Part shown: positions 37,830-49,500 of the stretch, piece by piece | Layout of the letters: each line of letters starts with the position of its first letter | Numbering within the stretch: the stretch's first letter is position 1 | Origin: Albugo candida | Taxonomy: Eukaryota | Length of the DNA: 64,000 nt | Direction of reading: 5' to 3' | Assembly (NCBI GenBank): GCA_040437565.1 | Contig: JBDOQK010000010.1 | Location: forward strand, 124,001 to 188,000 | The notes under the pieces: model-generated | What the model was told of the DNA's origin: nothing | Seen by the model: the letters and a program-made list of their open reading frames with translations, nothing else | Databases searched by the model: none | Position numbers and translations under genes: made by a program

Positions 37830-39618
37830 TCACCGGTCGAAAGGGTCAGTAGTTGAGCTTAAATTCGGAATCTTTTTGGATTTTTTGCATGGAGAATTCG
37901 TTGATGAGCCAGCCTCCTTGAATTGGTCATCCTTATGCATCCCCGCGATAGTCAGAGATGGTATTGGTCGCAGGGAATGAAGGTCCAGTTTCATCGCAAT
38001 CCCTTTGCTCAACTTCCCACATAAAATGGTGCAAATTTTAGGGATAGAATCTTCCATCATCCATGCGTAAGATCGTTCAACTGAAAGAAGCAGAACTTCT
38101 CCGTAGAGCGCGAGACACTCAACACAGCGCAAGCTATTATCAATCAATTGTAATACAATCACATTTGTTGCAGCATTGCCATCAGAACCAAGAGTGAGCT
38201 AGTCTTTGTCAGCTTCAACAAAGAATGTACTTTATGTTCTGATGCTGGATGATCGTGAGTTTGCGCATTCATATATACCGAAGTAGTAGACGGAGGACCA
38301 AGACTGAGCGGAAGAAAGTTTCCCGGGGTCTTGCGCTGCGATTGTCTCACGTATGCTGTTGGCTTGTTTGGTTTTTTGTGATCTTGCAGCAATTTGAGAC
38401 CTGGCTTGGCTGCAGTAGAATTGATGTCCATCTCATATAAGCACATTGCGTTTGGCACAAATAGTAGCTGCTCACACGAGTGCATATACATGCACTCGCT
38501 GAGTTTTCCGTACAAAGCATGCTTGGATGATTGGATCGATAATAACGATGTGACTCCAGAGAGCTTATGTAAACGTGAAGGTTTGATCTTTTTAAGGCAA
38601 TCCAAAGATCTTGTTTGTTTAATTACATAGTTCGCCCAAACGCATCCACTACTCAGTTTGTCCCCTGGTGCGCTCTGTTTTGACGAAAGAGGCGGAGCCA
38701 GTAGCTGTTCTCCAATTAGAAATGTTCGCAAGTGATCAGTCACGCGGAAGGAACATTTGGGATTATCGATTGCGAGCACCTCGATTTTACCACATTGACG
38801 TGAGCAAATTTTTACTTCTTGTTTCTCTTTCTCAATGTTAGCAAATAAAAAAAGAGTGTACTCCAAGTCTATGTGATTAAAAACAACAGCTGAGCCGTAA
38901 TGGTCGGAAACACAATGGCTACATGCCTTCATTGTAGGGTCTGGATCAGTCCGTAATAATCGAATCATTTGTGGCTTGAGGCATTGCATTGGATAACGTG
39001 ATGGCGAATTCTGCTCAGTGGCAGATGTTCTTCCGAACGAAATATTTGCACAAGTTGTTTGGAATTATCCATTTCTTCTAGAATCGTCAGCCCTGGGCAA
39101 TAATCCGTGCACTTTAGATGTTGGGTATTCAATAGTGCGCCATAAATCATATAAACTATGCGTACAACTTTCAATTTGTTCACCCGAAATTTGCTAATGA
39201 ATCTTGCAGCAGCGTTTTCTTGGAGACAGTCCATGCACAAGACACTTGAAGACGATTCAGATGCTGATACGTACAATTGCGGACTCCTTGCGGATAGAGC
39301 AATTTCATTTGGCATCATGGAAGGCCATGACAGCGGTATGATCTTATCTATATTGCACTCGTTCACACCACTGCAATCGACTTTAAGGTTTGCGAACACA
39401 AAGTCTGAGCCGGTAATCTTATATGTAGCGACTTCTTCATCGTCATTTATCAGTTTCATTCGGGAAGCGCCCAGTTCGTTGAGAACGCATGCCTGGCAAA
39501 ATGACAGTGATTTTCTGCTGTCGGTCTTCTTTATTCTCAGCTCGCCTGATTTTAGAACACCAACGACATGATAGATTTGATACACCCATAGCGTCAGGAA
39601 CAATCGATAGGCCATCAT
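37830..39618 (-). pseudogene. CCG (CxxCxxxxxG) secreted effector family gene, copy 1; disrupted after ~aa 210
   Basis: Signal-like N-terminus and 'CQACVLNELG'. Three ORFs are collinear with the intact 607-aa paralog. Frameshifts near 38985 and 38230, and an in-frame TAG at 38199-38201. Confidence 0.8.
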
Positions 39619-40020
39619 GTCAATTTATATCTGTGGTCGTAGAGCGAGATGATATGGTTTATGAGACGTATGTAAATGATGAATGTGTACCTGATATTTT
39701 GAGAATATTCTGGCGCTTTACGTAATGTAAGATCAATAATCCAGTATATTTATGGTTTCTGAGTAACGTTGTGCCGCTTCATACAACTTCGGGCTACAAA
39801 CTAGCAAAATGGTTCCTATCTCAGTAACATTCTGACGCTTAAAGTAACTTGAGACTGTAAAATGCAATTTAGCCGCAACAAAGTAGCGACAACGTGGCTA
39901 CATCTTCATATATGGTGCGANNNNNNNNNNNNNNNNNNNNNNNNNNNNNNNNNNNNNNNNNNNNNNNNNNNNNNNNNNNNNNNNNNNNNNNNNNNNNNNN
40001 NNNNNNNNNNNNNNNNNNNN

Positions 40021-41050
40021 GCATGTGACGCATGATGAGTCTACCTTCTACAGCAACGATGGAGGAGAGGAGTTCTGGGTAGAAGAAGGCAATAGCTGGA
40101 TTAGATAGAAAGGGCCAAAGGGGTCAATCATGATCAGTGATTTTCTGTGCCCGTGCCATGGACCCATGAAAGTCACGGATAAGCAAGCGGGGGAGAATGG
40201 GCTCACTTTACCATCATCCAGAGAGATCATCAAGGCAGGCAAGAACAGAGATGGTTGGTAAAAAAGTGAAGACTTGGTAAGGCAACTCAATGAGAAGGCC
40301 ATCCCATTTTCAACATTCCTCATCCAGGATGTATTGGTGAGTTGTTCAGATTTCTTGTTTCACATTTCTACCTCAACGCTCTGGTGGCTGGCAGGATGAC
40401 TCTCAAGCCCAGAAGGAGAAAACATACCAATATAAAGATGGATGGTACATCATCGATTACCAAAAAAACTGGCAATCCATGTGGTTTACCCACAATGGAG
40501 AGATTTACTTCAAGGGCATCGAGATGGTAAGCTTTCTTCTCTGTGCTTTCAAGATCTCACTGATGCAATCTCACCACTGACGTTGCTCTCTCACAGGTGC
40601 TGAAGGAAAGAGGATCGGGCCTCCTCCCAACGTAAATTGGAATCTGGATTGCCATTCCAAGGCATTGCCTCCAACAAATGACTGCTGCTGGAGGCATGCC
40701 TTAATGGCTCAGCCCGATTTTGCTGAACAGGATTCAGCCCTGGAGATGGAAATGAAGCAGACAGGACACATTATTGAATATTAACCCAAATTCCATTGTG
40801 AGTGCAACTTCATCGAGAGGTACTGGGGAGCCGCCAAGAGAGCAGCTCGGAACAATGTAATTGTAATTCACCTCGCTTTAGAAGAGGCTCCCTGGTATCC
40901 TCGATGGATTGAGCATGAAGGAAATTCGGAAGCACGCTCGAACATCCTGGCGATACATCGAAATGTATAGCAAATGCAAGGATGGCGTTGAGGCGGAGAA
41001 GGTCGAGCGGGAAAGACGGAAGATGAAATCGCACTGACGTGTACGCGTCA
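40021..41050 (+). mobile_element. Degenerate Tc1/mariner-IS630-like transposase remnant
   Basis: 'VLKERG', 'CCWRHALMAQPDF' and the diagnostic 'PKFHCECNFIERYWGAAKR' (~40786-40845), with stops and frameshifts; probable intron ~40527-40597. Confidence 0.75.
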
Positions 41051-42656
41051 AGGATTGATTTCTGCAGGCATATCGTTGTGTTAATAGGTTCTTGAGCTTT
41101 TTTTGGATTTCAATATTACTCTTCCATTTATACAACGCCATCCGTCGTTTTTTTCTATACCTCCCATGCCCTATTTCCTCTCGTCCTAGGCCAAAAAACT
41201 GTACATAGACATTCCTCTTTTGTTTGAATACATTGTCTGGCTTGTTTCCTTTCATTCCATCAACGAAAGAAAAATTGCACAGCATACGACCTTTTACACG
41301 GGGTGTTTCAAATACTGCCGATCTTAGGAAAACATGCAGAGAGGTCAAACTTTGAGGCGTATCAGCACCATGAAAAAAAAAATATGCACAATCTTCTTGC
41401 AACAAAATGTTCCGCACTTCAAAAGCTATCGTTTGGTGCAAGAAAAATTGACGAAGCTTTCCAATTCAGGTGTCTGATAGACTTTGCACTTGGTCAAAAA
41501 ATGTTGGCTCTAGGAGAGTTTTACCATACAATATGTCTTCCGTGTGGCAATTTGGCGCTTCATGCAACTTTAGGCTATACAACATCGGTACCTTCCAGCG
41601 ACAACACGCACAAACAAACTTCCTCAGAAATCATCTTTTTATAGTATGGCATCTGGATTATGACTACGCTAGACATTTTTGCAGCTAATGTCGATGTAGC
41701 GACGACGAGAGGCGAGGAAGCTTCGTAACCTTCTCAATCCAATATTATTTGGGTCGCACAACCATCACAATATCATTCTGGGTCGACGTAGGCGGACGAT
41801 CGCATGTATATCACCTTCATAGATGATATCTTGCACCTTGTGGAATCGTTGATAGCGAGGTGTCATTTCGAGTATTGTCTGTTCGATGGAGCTGTCTTCT
41901 CTACACTAAAGCGATTATCAAAGACGCATTTTGACAACGCTTTAATTATTGAAAAAGCCTTTACCTCTCTCTGCTCACGACCTCCTCAANNNNNNNNNNN
42001 NNNNNNNNNNNNNNNNNNNNNNNNNNNNNNNNNNNNNNNNNNNNNNNNNNNNNNNNNNNNNNNNNNNNNNNNNNNNNNNNNNNNNNNNNTCGCACAACCA
42101 TCACAATATCATTCTGGGTCGACGTAGGCGGACGATCGCATGTATATCACCTTCATAGATGATATCTTGCACCTTGTGGAATCGTTGATAGCGAGGTGTC
42201 ATTTCGAGTATTGTCTGTTCGATGGAGCTGTCTTCTCTACACTAAAGCGATTATCAAAGACGCATTTTGACAACGCTTTAATTATTGAAAAAGCCTTTAC
42301 CTCTCTCTGCTCACGACCTCCTCAAGTTTGACTGATGACCGCTCTAATTTCTAATATCAATCTTTACCGTACTTCTTTGTTCCTTCATTTATTGTGAAGC
42401 TTTCTCAGCAACTCTAGCATACTGTGTAAGTCGTGACTAATGTTACGACATTGGCTCCTAGCAAGCGCACAGAAACATAAATACGTGCGCAGAAAAGATT
42501 ATTGACTGAAGTCTTTTCTTATTGCCCAAGTGAAATTTATGAATCGCACTTTATAANNNNNNNNNNNNNNNNNNNNNNNNNNNNNNNNNNNNNNNNNNNN
42601 NNNNNNNNNNNNNNNNNNNNNNNNNNNNNNNNNNNNNNNNNNNNNNNNNNNNNNNN

Positions 42657-45600
42657 TTGCTGGATTGCGGAAAAATATTCGTCGACTGGACAGGGACAGG
42701 TCCTACTAGGAAAAGAGGTCCTCTATCGATTAGGCTACGATCCACGCTAAATGTTGCATGACACAAGGCTGCGTATGACCGATGTGGACTTTGATCGCGT
42801 TGAAAGTGACGGTGACTTACAAAGTGAGATTGCCGATGCTTGCATTCAACATGAAGAAGGTGATCTTACGGGGGAGGAGCAAGTCCTCCTAAGAGCCGAA
42901 GAGCAAGCTGGTTTTCAGAAGTTTAAGAACAAGATTCTTCGGAAGTTCAGCTTGTACTGAAAACCAAAGTCGCGGAAGCAAAAGGGCATAGATGTAGCGA
43001 CGGGTTCACCACTGAACTGCAAAGAATACTCGTGAAATATCGGGATTATTTTCGATTGCGATTGGAAAACGACCCACCAGTCGAAATGCCACCTCTGAAA
43101 GTGCGTCTACAGAACGGTACAAAAACGGTACAATGCAAAGATCGCTAATACCCGCCAGCGCACCGAAAATTTATGCCTGAGTACCTGCAAGAACTGGTGG
43201 ATTCAGGGTTGTGTTACCGGATCCCCTCAGCCGTTGGTCATCTCCCCCGCTCATCATTAAGAAGTCTGGTGCTGCCAAATTTCGACTGACTGTGGACGTG
43301 CGAGCGGTTAATGCCCAGACAGAGCGAGTACTGTGGTCCATGCCTATGATTGAAGTGATTTTTGATCACCTTCAAGGCTCCAGAGTATATTCCTATTGAA
43401 ATATTGAAAGGCTACTGGCGTCCTACTGGATGAAAGCTGTCAGGAGTTGTTCAGTTTCTTAACGGATGTGGGTGTGTAAACTCCAACAAGAGTTCTCATG
43501 GGAGGCGCAGACATTGTGGCCTACTGTCAAGCGACTATCCAAGAAATGTTTGCAGATTTGCTGTACAAGGGGATACTGATATGGTTGGAGCACCTACTTG
43601 GATATGACATTGATGAGCAAAAGTTGCTCATATTGCTGGAAAAGCGCTTATACTGTGCATAACGAAAAGTTTGACGTTGAACCCGAGCAAATGAAGCTTT
43701 TTCCAGAAGGAAGAAAAATGGTGCGGCCGCATTCTCAGTGTAAGGGGTATGAATCATGATTCAGAGCGTATCGCTTCACTGGTAAATCTCTCTTCTACAG
43801 CAAATGGACACGAGTTGCAGCAGTTTCTGTGTGGTTTGGGATCGATGCGCTCGTCGATTCCCGGATACAACCGCTTAGTATCAACGCTAACAGATGCCAT
43901 GGAACGAACGTGCAAGGTAGCCGGAGGTCGTAAAAGCTCCTAAGTCAAGAGAGTTAATATGGATGAAATAGATTGGACCGAAAAAAAAGAACTTTGCCTC
44001 GAGCTTGCAAAAAGGCACTGACGCAATTAGTGGAGTTATCTCACATGGACATCACAAAGCAGCTATTCGTGTCCACGGATGCCTCGGATCGGCATTGGGG
44101 AGCAGTGATAACGCAAGTTGAAAAAGAAGACAAAAAAAACGTTTGGACGATCATGACCATCAGCCTTAAATGTTTTCAAGTGGCACCTTCAGTGGCTCTC
44201 CCATCAAGTGGGCAGTCGAGGAAGAGGAAGCCTAAGCGATTCTGGAAACGTGTCTCTCTGCCGACTACCTGATGCATTGCCCAAGTTGATTCAATTTGTA
44301 AACTAATCATTGAAATCTACGGTATATATTCAAGCGTCACGGTACTATCGCAAGTATACCGAAATAAACGACCGCAAAGTTGTAGCGATGGGCCATCCTT
44401 TTAATGGCATATCAGTTAAGATTTACGATATCACAGGCGCGGAAAAAATATGGGTGGATCTTCTATCCCGATGGACTCGCCCGTGCAAACAGTATACGAG
44501 ATTCAACAAGAGCCCCACCTACTGTCTCCAAGTTTGGAATTGAGTTTTGCATGGTCGATCATCGACGAAATTGTGAAAGCCCAGTAATCAGCCACGATCC
44601 AGTTGGATCAACAGCTTGATGGCGTGTACCGTACGAAATCCGGGAGAATCTGGATCCTAGACGAGGCGTCCGAGCTTCATATAATACTGTGCGTAGTGGC
44701 CCATTTTGGTATTGGTGGCCATCGAGTAGTCGATGTGACGACTAAAAGGGTGGCCGAGCTTTAATATTCAGATGTTTATTTTAGAAGAGATCGTTTTCTG
44801 ACTGTTTGTCAATGGCTTGCGCGTCAACTGCAAGACCCATCACAGGTAGAGTCAGACCTCACCTGAAGGGCTGTTTTGGTGACAACGTGATAGATGGGAC
44901 GAAAGGAGACGGTCACTTCGTGGTACAAGACGGAAGTCATGCGAAATGTGACATGATTGAGTTTGTAATGCCGTTGCACATGCATGTTGTAGTCCTAAGA
45001 TAGAAGGTTAATGCTAAATATATTTTAATCCCACTTCTACCTCTATTGCATCAAGGGCATATCAAGTAATTCCAACAGTTTTTATTTGCACTGTAGTGCT
45101 ACAGACGAAAAGTTCTGCAAGTTCTTGAAGAAGAGCTCCATTGTCCGAAGCCGAACGATTTATTACATTGAGACTATTTGCATATTGGGAATTCGAATAC
45201 GGGACAGCGCTATATTCTAGTGTTTGAAGACGATGTATCCAGGTATGTGTGGGTTAGAGCAGTAGCTGAGGCAGACGCCTTAACCACGCGCGAGGTATTG
45301 CTGGATTGATTTGCATCATTTGAGATTTGTTACCGCTAGCTAAGCGATCAAGGATCATATTTCGGAAAAATTCGGTGATCGAGGACCTCCGTCATTCTCT
45401 GGGAGTCAACCATCACTTCGCGGCTAAACGCTCCCCCTGGGCAAATGGGACTGTTGAAGTGATAAACAAAGAGCTCTGTCGTGTTTTTCGTGCCTTCGCG
45501 AGTGAATTGCGAATTCATTTGCGTGACTGTCCACGATTGGTTTTCTTGGTGCAATGTATGTTTTCAGCCAGTCCGCGTCGCCAGTTTTGGAGAGTGAAGC

Positions 45601-46590
45601 GCGGTGACGGTGATGACGGGGATGGCGCGCTGCACTCCATCCAACGCTATCACTTTGCCTATCTGTTTATTCTCGACAATGACGTTGAAACGCATTCAGG
45701 AGTTGCAAGTCCTGGATATCGAAAAACTTCATGCCAGCATGATTAACATGCACAAATTTACGCCTTGAACGTGCGCACAGAGGTGGAACGCGAAGCGTAC
45801 TCGACTGAATGGTCAGCGTGGAGTCAAAATGGCACAATTTAGTATCAATGATTACGTTTTGTACACTGAAATCTGGAGGACAAAGCGCGACAAACTGCTT
45901 ACTCGCTGGAGCGGGCCAGCAACGGTGACGGGATCCAGCTCATACTAGATTTTCATGGTGCGAGACTTTGTCACTGGTTAGGACGCGAAGCCCACGCTAG
46001 TCGTCTCTAATTTTATGCGAACAAGGATTTGAATGTCGAAGGTGACCTGTTGGTCCATGTTGCTCACAATGATGAAGTCCACTTGGTGAAAGAGGTTCGC
46101 TCCTGTCATCCTAATATGAAGTACCACAGCCATGATATGCTGGTAAAGTGGCGTGGCTTAGATGAAAGTGAGAATACATGGGATACCTTTTCTCAAATGA
46201 CCGAGGATGTTCCCGCGGCGCTTCGGGTGTATGCTTTGCGCCACCGTGAGGACCCTGTAATAAAGACATAACCAGCGAGCTGAAGATTCTTTTGGGAAAA
46301 ATGAAGTGTCTAGAGCGGATCCGGTTTCGGGTCTGGGTACCGGGTAGTAGGTTTACGGAATACCAAGGAGTGGTAACTAGATATGCCAGACTAAGTACCC
46401 AATAAGTAATACACTACACGGGAGCCGTGTTAACGAGAGCAACGAGGCTGCGTTTTGAAGCGCGGACTTACAACAGTGGGTTAAACCGTTCCTTATGTAC
46501 TTTAGTCGTTGTTGAGGTGGTCTGAACTTAGATACTGTACTAAATTCGGAATGATGCATGATGACACTCTCATTGCTTTCCATACAACTA
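42657..46590 (+). mobile_element. Degenerate Ty3/gypsy chromovirus LTR retrotransposon (end of protease, RT, RNase H, integrase, chromodomain, PPT, probable 3' LTR)
   Basis: 'VLLGKEVL', RT 'WSSPPLIIKK..KFRLTVDVRAVN', decayed YxDD 'IWLEHLLGY', RNase H 'TDASDRHWGAVITQ' and 'WVDLLSRW', integrase 'PWANGTVEVIN', chromodomain 'LVKWRGLDESENTWD'. A purine-rich tract at 46294-46306 is followed by TG at 46307. Confidence 0.88.
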
Positions 46591-49500
46591 GTCATACCGA
46601 CGAATACTGTCGCCGTATCACCAAGAATAGCACTAATTCTCTGATCCGCAAGATTTTGTTATCACCTTACTACTTAATTAGGTCCATAGCGCATTTTGAT
46701 AGGTCCAGTAATGTCACGGATAATTCCATACATCACTCGTCAAAACTGGTCGAAGGGACATACAATGTAGATCTCAAGCTCCAGTGCCTTCCTGACCAGG
46801 TATTTTTGCGCTTTGTCACTCCATGCTCCGATTTTCTGGAGCTTTTTACGTGGTGTTATCGTGTAATACCTCCTAGAGATCATAGTCAGCTGAGTATGTC
46901 GTATCAGATTTATATGCTATTTTCACAAGCTCCCTGTTAGTAGCTGAACACTGTATATATTACTTCATGCACTAAGCAGGTGACACGCTATGCATACAGC
47001 AATTACAGGTCACGATGAAGTTGATGAACCGATGGGACACTACTGTCTATCCGAGACCTACTTTAATTTCTCATAAAAAGACGCGGTATTCAACATTAAG
47101 GCACGTCTACGTGCATTGCTCCTAATTTGATTACTAGGAATACCTTCTCGGTACATGCATTAGTTGATATGGAGCTGTAAGAAATCGAATTCGTTGCCAG
47201 CAAATATATGAAAGAAGAATAAAAAAGCAAGAAGAAAAGTTAGCAAAAATGTGATGGGATTCAAATAGGATGTGCACTTTCAGCGCAAAAGAAACACAGC
47301 TATCCAAATAAAAGAAAGGCAATGGAGATAGTGATGTGCGAGAGATGTATTAAGTTGAGTTCTAGCATTACCCCATAAATCGATGTCTGGACAAGTTGAT
47401 ACAAGCCGACATCCATATTGCTCAATTTGTAGGTATCTACAGCTTTAAGAAAGACGAGGAGTACCATCCTCGTGGAAGAGATCATGGAATTACGGTTTGT
47501 TTTCATGCGTGATCTTAGTGCTCATATCGACTCGATGAGCCCATTTATACAAAAAACATGTAGAATTCACAACCCAGATCAGAAGACCTCGAACGATGTT
47601 TTGGAGTTNNNNNNNNNNNNNNNNNNNNNNNNNNNNNNNNNNNNNNNNNNNNNNNNNNNNNNNNNNNNNNNNNNNNNNNNNNNNNNNNNNNNNNNNNNNN
47701 NNNNNNNNCAGCTTTAAGAAAGACGAGGAGTACCATCCTCGTGGAAGAGATCATAGAATTACGGATTGTTTTCATGAGTGATCTTAGTGCTCATATCGAC
47801 TAGATGAGCCGATTTATACAAAGAACATGTAGAATTCACAACCCAGATCAGAAGACCTCGAACGATGTTTTGGAGTTTAACTGAAAAAAGAGATCTTATT
47901 CCAACATCTTTTGCCAGTCATCTTGCTACACAGAAACGGTCACGATATGAATCTCGACTGCAACACTTTCTGAAAAGATATTCCATTAAGACCAAGAAAC
48001 ATTTGTGCGAAGACGATCGACGCATTATCATTCGAATTCGCGCTGNNNNNNNNNNNNNNNNNNNNNNNNNNNNNNNNNNNNNNNNNNNNNNNNNNNNNNN
48101 NNNNNNNNNNNNNNNNNNNNNNNNNNNNNNNNNNNNNNNNNNNNNATTCCATTAAGACCAAGAAACATTTGTGCGAAGACGATCGACGCATTATCATTCG
48201 AATTCGCGCTGACATATATATGTTGGTCAAACACTTTGAACCTTGTTGAAGTGTCTGTCTGATTCAGTTCGGCCTACATGTTTCGCGTTTGCAAACATGT
48301 TTCATCGACCGGGTTTTCTTTTCTCAAGCTACATAAAGACACAGTTGATGATCTACAGCACAGCGTAAAGTGAGATATGTGATCATCTTGCACCGTTTCT
48401 TTCGTGATGATCAAAGAACCGGTGAGTAAATTCTGACGTCAACATGAGCAGCATCAAAACCGGATCGATGATATCTCTGTTGCAACAAGAGGATATTCTG
48501 CGGAGGATTCAAACCTGCCACAGGATACGCAAAAAATGATTCGCTCAACTTTATTAAGCTGGGCCTTGGGTAGTTCTATTAAATCGGGACATGACGTATG
48601 CTCTAGTTTCCGAATGAGCCATTTTTGGCTCAGAGAATTCCAACAAAAAGATGGGCATTTCTCAGACAAAAGAAGCGAATATTCAATGTAGAAAATCGCT
48701 GTCAGAAGAGGCATGGTAGATGGTTTTGACGAGCATACTTGCAAAAAAGCAGTACATGCTCCTACTATGCATGGTCGACTACTAGTTGATAAGAAAATTA
48801 TTCGATCACGTCCTGGCATGATACTATGCACATGGACATAGACTATTTGATAGTGGGGTTCAATTTTTGTGCGACTTGTTCCTGGTCTAATGTAGAAAAC
48901 TACTTGAAACATGTCCACGTGATCAACGAAGCATTTCTATACCTTCTTCGACGGAATGAAGCCTTACGATGGACATATTTATCGTCTCGACCCATTACAA
49001 AGGGAAATGGTTCAACGGATAGCATTACTTCTTTGTCAAAAGGAGCATCCACAGTGCATTATACTATTGTTAGGAGCATTGCGATCAGAAATCGGAATGA
49101 TCTGTAGTGACATCAAGACATGCTTCAACCAACGGAATGTTACTATGATCAAGTTCTACAATATGAACATTCTACTCTTGGTCAATATACGCAGAAGTGA
49201 TGTCTTCTAGGCAAGGAAACAAGCCATACTGAACAGTTTAGTAATGTTCCTGGCCAAGTTTGTTACCTAATTCGGGAGGCATAGCCACGAGTGAAAGTAC
49301 AGGTACCACAATGACAAAGCTCTCATTACATCGAATTTGGCCCACTACAATGAAGACACCTCGTAGTAAGTATTCTCGGAGAGCTCGAGCTAGTACAGAG
49401 CAACCGCGCTTGTTGGCGCTTGTAATAGCTTCTGCATTGCTTTCGTTGCATTCTTATCAAAGCAACGTTTCTGTGTTTAAAGAATTAAGGACATACACAG

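Noticed and set aside
41750-42330. Duplicated 'MYITFIDDILHL...' ORFs; similar duplicates at ~47984-48210, ~55142-55642, ~59683-59837 and ~62738-62955
   Set aside because: Gap-overlap duplicates with no recognisable protein family.
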